NCBI GenBank assembly: GCA_905178155.1
Contig: CAJINV010000046.1
Coordinates: forward strand, 1 to 37,391
Direction: 5' to 3'
From: Amoebophrya sp. A120
Lineage: Eukaryota > Protista > Dinoflagellata
DNA length: 37,391 bases
The notes below the pieces were generated by a model. It made no database searches, was not told the origin of the DNA, and saw nothing but the letters and a program-made list of their open reading frames with translations. The stretch's first letter is position 1. Every line of letters starts with the position of its first letter. Of this stretch, positions 33,775-37,391 are shown one piece after another. The position numbers and the translations under genes were made by a program.

Positions 33775-33893
33775 CGCATGTTGAAATACATCAGTAGAAG
33801 TCAATTGCAAGTGTCGCCCAAAGGCGAACAACCTGTTTTGCCTCTGCCACGAGCTCCTCCTTGTCCGAAGATCGCGCTGCAAAATTTCCGCTT

Positions 33894-36147
33894 ATGCTGC
33901 AATATTGTCCCTGCGCGACAATGTGGGGCGGATTTTACGACGTGTTTTCCCCGGCGGACAAGTGCGCCGCGGCCCCGCCCGGCAGCGGTGTGGTCGGTCA
34001 GCCCGGTGCAGCGAGTTCGTCAGTCGGAAAAAGCAGTCTTCAGCATGACGAGGAGAATCCGACTGTGGAGCTTATATCAAGTGCAAAAATGGCTGAGTCT
34101 GGAAGATTGCAACTTGTCATGCTGTTTTTGGACTCTAAAAGAATTTGTATTGCATGACCAGCAAGAGGGCTACAGTGAGTTCTTGCTACACGGACGGGCC
34201 ATTTCTCATGCTAAAGGTGCATCGGGAAGACCTCTAAAAGTCTGCGATGCTAGGTCAAGTATTACAGGCATCATGGGTCATGAGAAATATGCATGACATT
34301 CTTTTTCTTCCAGATCCAGACACTTTTACACTTGATAGCTTACCGTCTCGAGCCACCCCAGCTGCTCCTCACGGGCTCGCAATCCGCAGCTCGCTTATCC
34401 TGTGCAAAAGTATCGTACTCGTATTGCAGTCATGCATTACAAATCTTTATCTTAAGGTTAAGGTAAATCCGCATTACAGATTTTCTCTCTCATGCTGAGG
34501 AAATTTGTAATGCATTTATACGAGTGCGATACTTTTGCAGTTCATATCGCTCAACTGGACGCGAAGTTGATCGGTCGGGTGGGGAAGCAACTGCATTTAT
34601 CGGCGGACGGCGTGGTCAGCGGCAGCACCAGAGGCACGGTCTACGGCAAATACAGAATTGAGCAAGACAAGCTGTACTACGAAGTTGAAATCTTACGAGC
34701 AGAGAAGAAAAACCACAGCACGCCTTCCAAGAAGGCAAGACTCTTCCTGGGTCTGACCAACACAGTGGCGCCGAGAGGTACGCCGGAAGAGACAGCCGAC
34801 GACGATCTACCTGCGGTACTTATGATTGCCTTGGTTCTGGAAGGGGGCCTAGGGCTAGGCCTCCACAAGTTGTTTAGAGACATACATGCTTGAATCCTGA
34901 TTTTCTTTTTTGACGTCGACAACGTAATAAAGAAACATAACCGTCTGCACTTTCATTTTCACCTGAAAAAGAAATCGGATCAGCAAAACAAACAATCCGA
35001 GTTCTAACTCCAAGTATTAATCCTTCGAAATTATCAAAAGCGAGGACACGGCTGCGAAGTCGAAGTGGAGGGAGGTGACATTTTCAGCTGCACCTACGAC
35101 CAAGCCAACTATCCTACATTCAACATCTACCAGAATGCAAGTCTTGTGGAGAGTGTCACAGGTACTACAATCAAGAATGCACACTTGAAAGTGCAACTAG
35201 TATAATTTAGAAAATCTTCTAACATTTTCTCAAAATCAAAATGATTTTCATTTTAGAGCCGCACCTTTTTCACTTCTTGTCCTTCCGACGTTGGTAGTTA
35301 GAAGTGCGACTTCTTCGTAATGCTGTACTGGAAATAAAAAGGTTGACAAACCAAAATCTCAACTACGCCAATTTGTCTCAACGTTTAGACAAAACGTCCC
35401 AACGTTGACCCCGACGCCTCAACTTCGGCACCGTTTAGGTTTGGGGTTAGGGTCTAGGGTTTGGGGTTCTGGTCGTCGGCCAGGGCAGCCGCCGCCGGCC
35501 GGCGGCGGCTGCCCTGGCCGACGACTCTCTCCTTTCCTTGTGTTGTGTTTCACGCCCACGCCCCTGCCCGTGTGTGTTGCCGCGCCCTTGCGCCCCTTGT
35601 GTCTCATCGAGTGCGTCTCGCGTCAATGGTGGCGGGCGTGCCTTTCCGCCACTGCCGGCGAGCGTTGTTTGAGGCCGCCGGGCAATCGTTGAGACGATTG
35701 CTCGTCGGCGTCATGAACGTTGAGACAAGAACGTTGAGATTTTGGTCTGTTAACCAAATAAAAAGATGAACACGCACAAATTACATAAAACTAAAAACAA
35801 AATCTGACGTTTCTCCTGCTCGCGCTCCGTCTTCAGGTATGAAAGGCCAACTGATACCCTATGTGTCTTTCTTGGACCACCTTCATGGACAGTTGTCGCC
35901 TCATGAGGAAGATGGTGGAGAGCGGGGTGACCAAGAAGATCTGTCTACCACCGCATCCACAGTGTCCGTCCCCTCTGTGACGGGAACTACTGCAGCCGCC
36001 AGAGGCAAAGCAAGCGGAAGTTCGGTCGGTGCCGGAGGGAGCGCCGAAATTCACATCCTCTGGCGATTTCACGACGTGCGCAACAAAGAGGCAATGCCTG
36101 ATTTTGCAAATTTTGATAAATTCATGACCGCCCGCAGTGTGATATAG
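33894..36147 (+). CDS. SPRY-domain protein, SPRYD7-like (approx. exons 33894-34074, 34343-34395, 34552-34815, 35041-35161, 35837-36147)
   Basis: IEQDKLYYEVEI..LFLGL, GDIFSCTYDQ..FNIYQN, GMKGQLIPYVS. Two introners plus GT-AG introns 34816-35040 and 35162-35836 keep the frame. Start could be 33921. Confidence 0.7.
34075..34337. mobile_element. Introner, family A, 263 bp (same orientation as 12695)
   Basis: tatcaagtgcaaaaatggctgagtctggaag ... cttccagatccagacacttttacacttgata; TSD gctta/gctta. Confidence 0.93.
34396..34546. mobile_element. Introner, family B, 151 bp (same orientation as 13197)
   Basis: tatcctgtgcaaaagtatcgtactcgta ... tacgagtgcgatacttttgcagttcata; TSD tcgct/tcgct. Confidence 0.93.
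35341..35755. mobile_element. Mutator-like MITE (415 bp) inside a canonical intron
   Basis: TIR ggttgacaaaccaaaatctcaac / gttgagattttggtctgttaacc (21/23); 9-bp TSD aaataaaaa; iterated subterminal tctcaacg. Confidence 0.85.
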
Positions 36148-36934
36148 TAGGACAAGCTGGTCAGGGAGCAGGACGAACAACATTTATTTTCTGCAAAGTC
36201 GACGAGTGCGAAAGCCGCTGTAGCAGTAGCACATCATACGCATATCATGGAAAAGTCATCACTTAGCGATACTAGGTAGATCAAGTGGCAGTGAGCGCTG
36301 TCCCGATCGGTCGTGCCATTATGTGTGCGACTTGCGCCGGTTCATACGCATCACGCATCCGCGTGGTCATTGCACGCTCTCACCGGACGGCAGCTGCTAG
36401 TAAGTAGCTATTTACGGCATGATTGATGCTTCTGTGTGTACGAGATAAGTACTGTGTTCATCATGGTTTTGACGGCGGCGCACAATTTCAAGTTAGTAGG
36501 GAGTTAGGGTGGTCGTGGTGTGATGAACTCTATAAAAGTCTCTGTGTCGCGGGATAGCGAGCCTGCTGATGTCTTCAAAGTGTGTGATCCTAGCCTGCTA
36601 CTGTCTTCAAAGTGTGTGATCCTACAGTAAAAGTTTCATGCACACAAAACAAAATTCAAAAGAAATACAAATAAGAATAGAAAAAAACCAAATAGGAGAT
36701 TTAAGTATGTACATGCAGCAGTGTACTGGTGTTACTGTATTGGGTCAGTCTTTGCTAAAGTCGGAGGTCGAATCTGCACACGCCGTCGGTGACTGTTATA
36801 GTCCAGTGTATGGCATAGTGCCGCCTCTACAGAATTTGGATGATGGGGTCGACCTCGACTGACAAATTTGAACCACTTGATTGATGACGCTTGAAGAAGT
36901 TCTATGTGGTTTCTCGTGGTGGAAGACGATTTAG

Positions 36935-37391
36935 GATGACCAGCAATTTACCCGAACAAGAAAACACTTGCTGATGTTGGATGGACCAAGCAAAGCTCCA
37001 GACGCGAGCGAAGCTCCGCCTGCACCGGTGACCGAGGAAACCGTGGCAAGGCTGGAGGCGGCTGCGGAGAGACTACTGCACATGCCTACTGTAGTATCCC
37101 ACGAAAAAACTGTTTTACTGTGGAGTGGTGATTTTGCAAAATCTGCGTCACAAGTTTGTTACGCCTGACACCGAAAATCTGTCATGCGGGGTTCCCAAGG
37201 GAGAACACAGCTAGAAATCAACTGTCTTGCATGTGTAGCTTGCATGTGTAGCATGACACACACTTGTGCGATCCATTTTCTGCATCACAAGTTCACAGTG
37301 AAACAGTTTTTTCTTGCGATATGTAGTCCGGCCCCAAGTATTGCAACGTCCCGGAAGCGGGATGAGCGGGGGGTCCGCAGGAGTCCCCACA
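36935..37391 (+). CDS. Partial hypothetical gene, runs off the window end
   Basis: Open frame after an AG at 36934 (...VARLEAAAERLLHMPTV), continuing as VRPQVLQRPGSG... once the 37095 element and one TSD are removed. Confidence 0.55.
37095..37321. mobile_element. Introner, 227 bp, distinct TIR
   Basis: tatcccacgaaaaaactgttttactgtgga / ttcacagtgaaacagttttttcttgcgata (26/30); TSD tgtag/tgtag. Confidence 0.9.

Noticed and set aside
36560-36624. 32-bp tandem duplication
   Set aside because: Real but looks like ordinary local slippage.

Overview
Eukaryotic DNA, probably a Syndiniales/dinoflagellate such as Amoebophrya (inferred from co-oriented genes and inverted-repeat non-canonical introns; not proven). 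575-10510 is an apparently intact tyrosine-recombinase (DIRS-order) retrotransposon with split direct repeats and gag-like, RT/RNase H and YR ORFs. Downstream lie six host genes, all on the + strand: a JmjC oxygenase, an aspartase, a single-domain voltage-gated cation channel, a class 3 lipase, a SPRY protein and a partial gene. Their reading frames are broken by 14 insertions with one architecture: TAT...ATA ends (one starts TAG), terminal inverted repeats (TIRs) and a 5-bp target-site duplication (TSD). Removing element plus one TSD copy restores the frame each time, yet only one can be read as GT-AG. Two families occur in both orientations in sense genes. One element is 4.8 kb; another is 3.1 kb because of a nested decayed LINE-like insertion. 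All gene models were spliced by hand, without RNA data.
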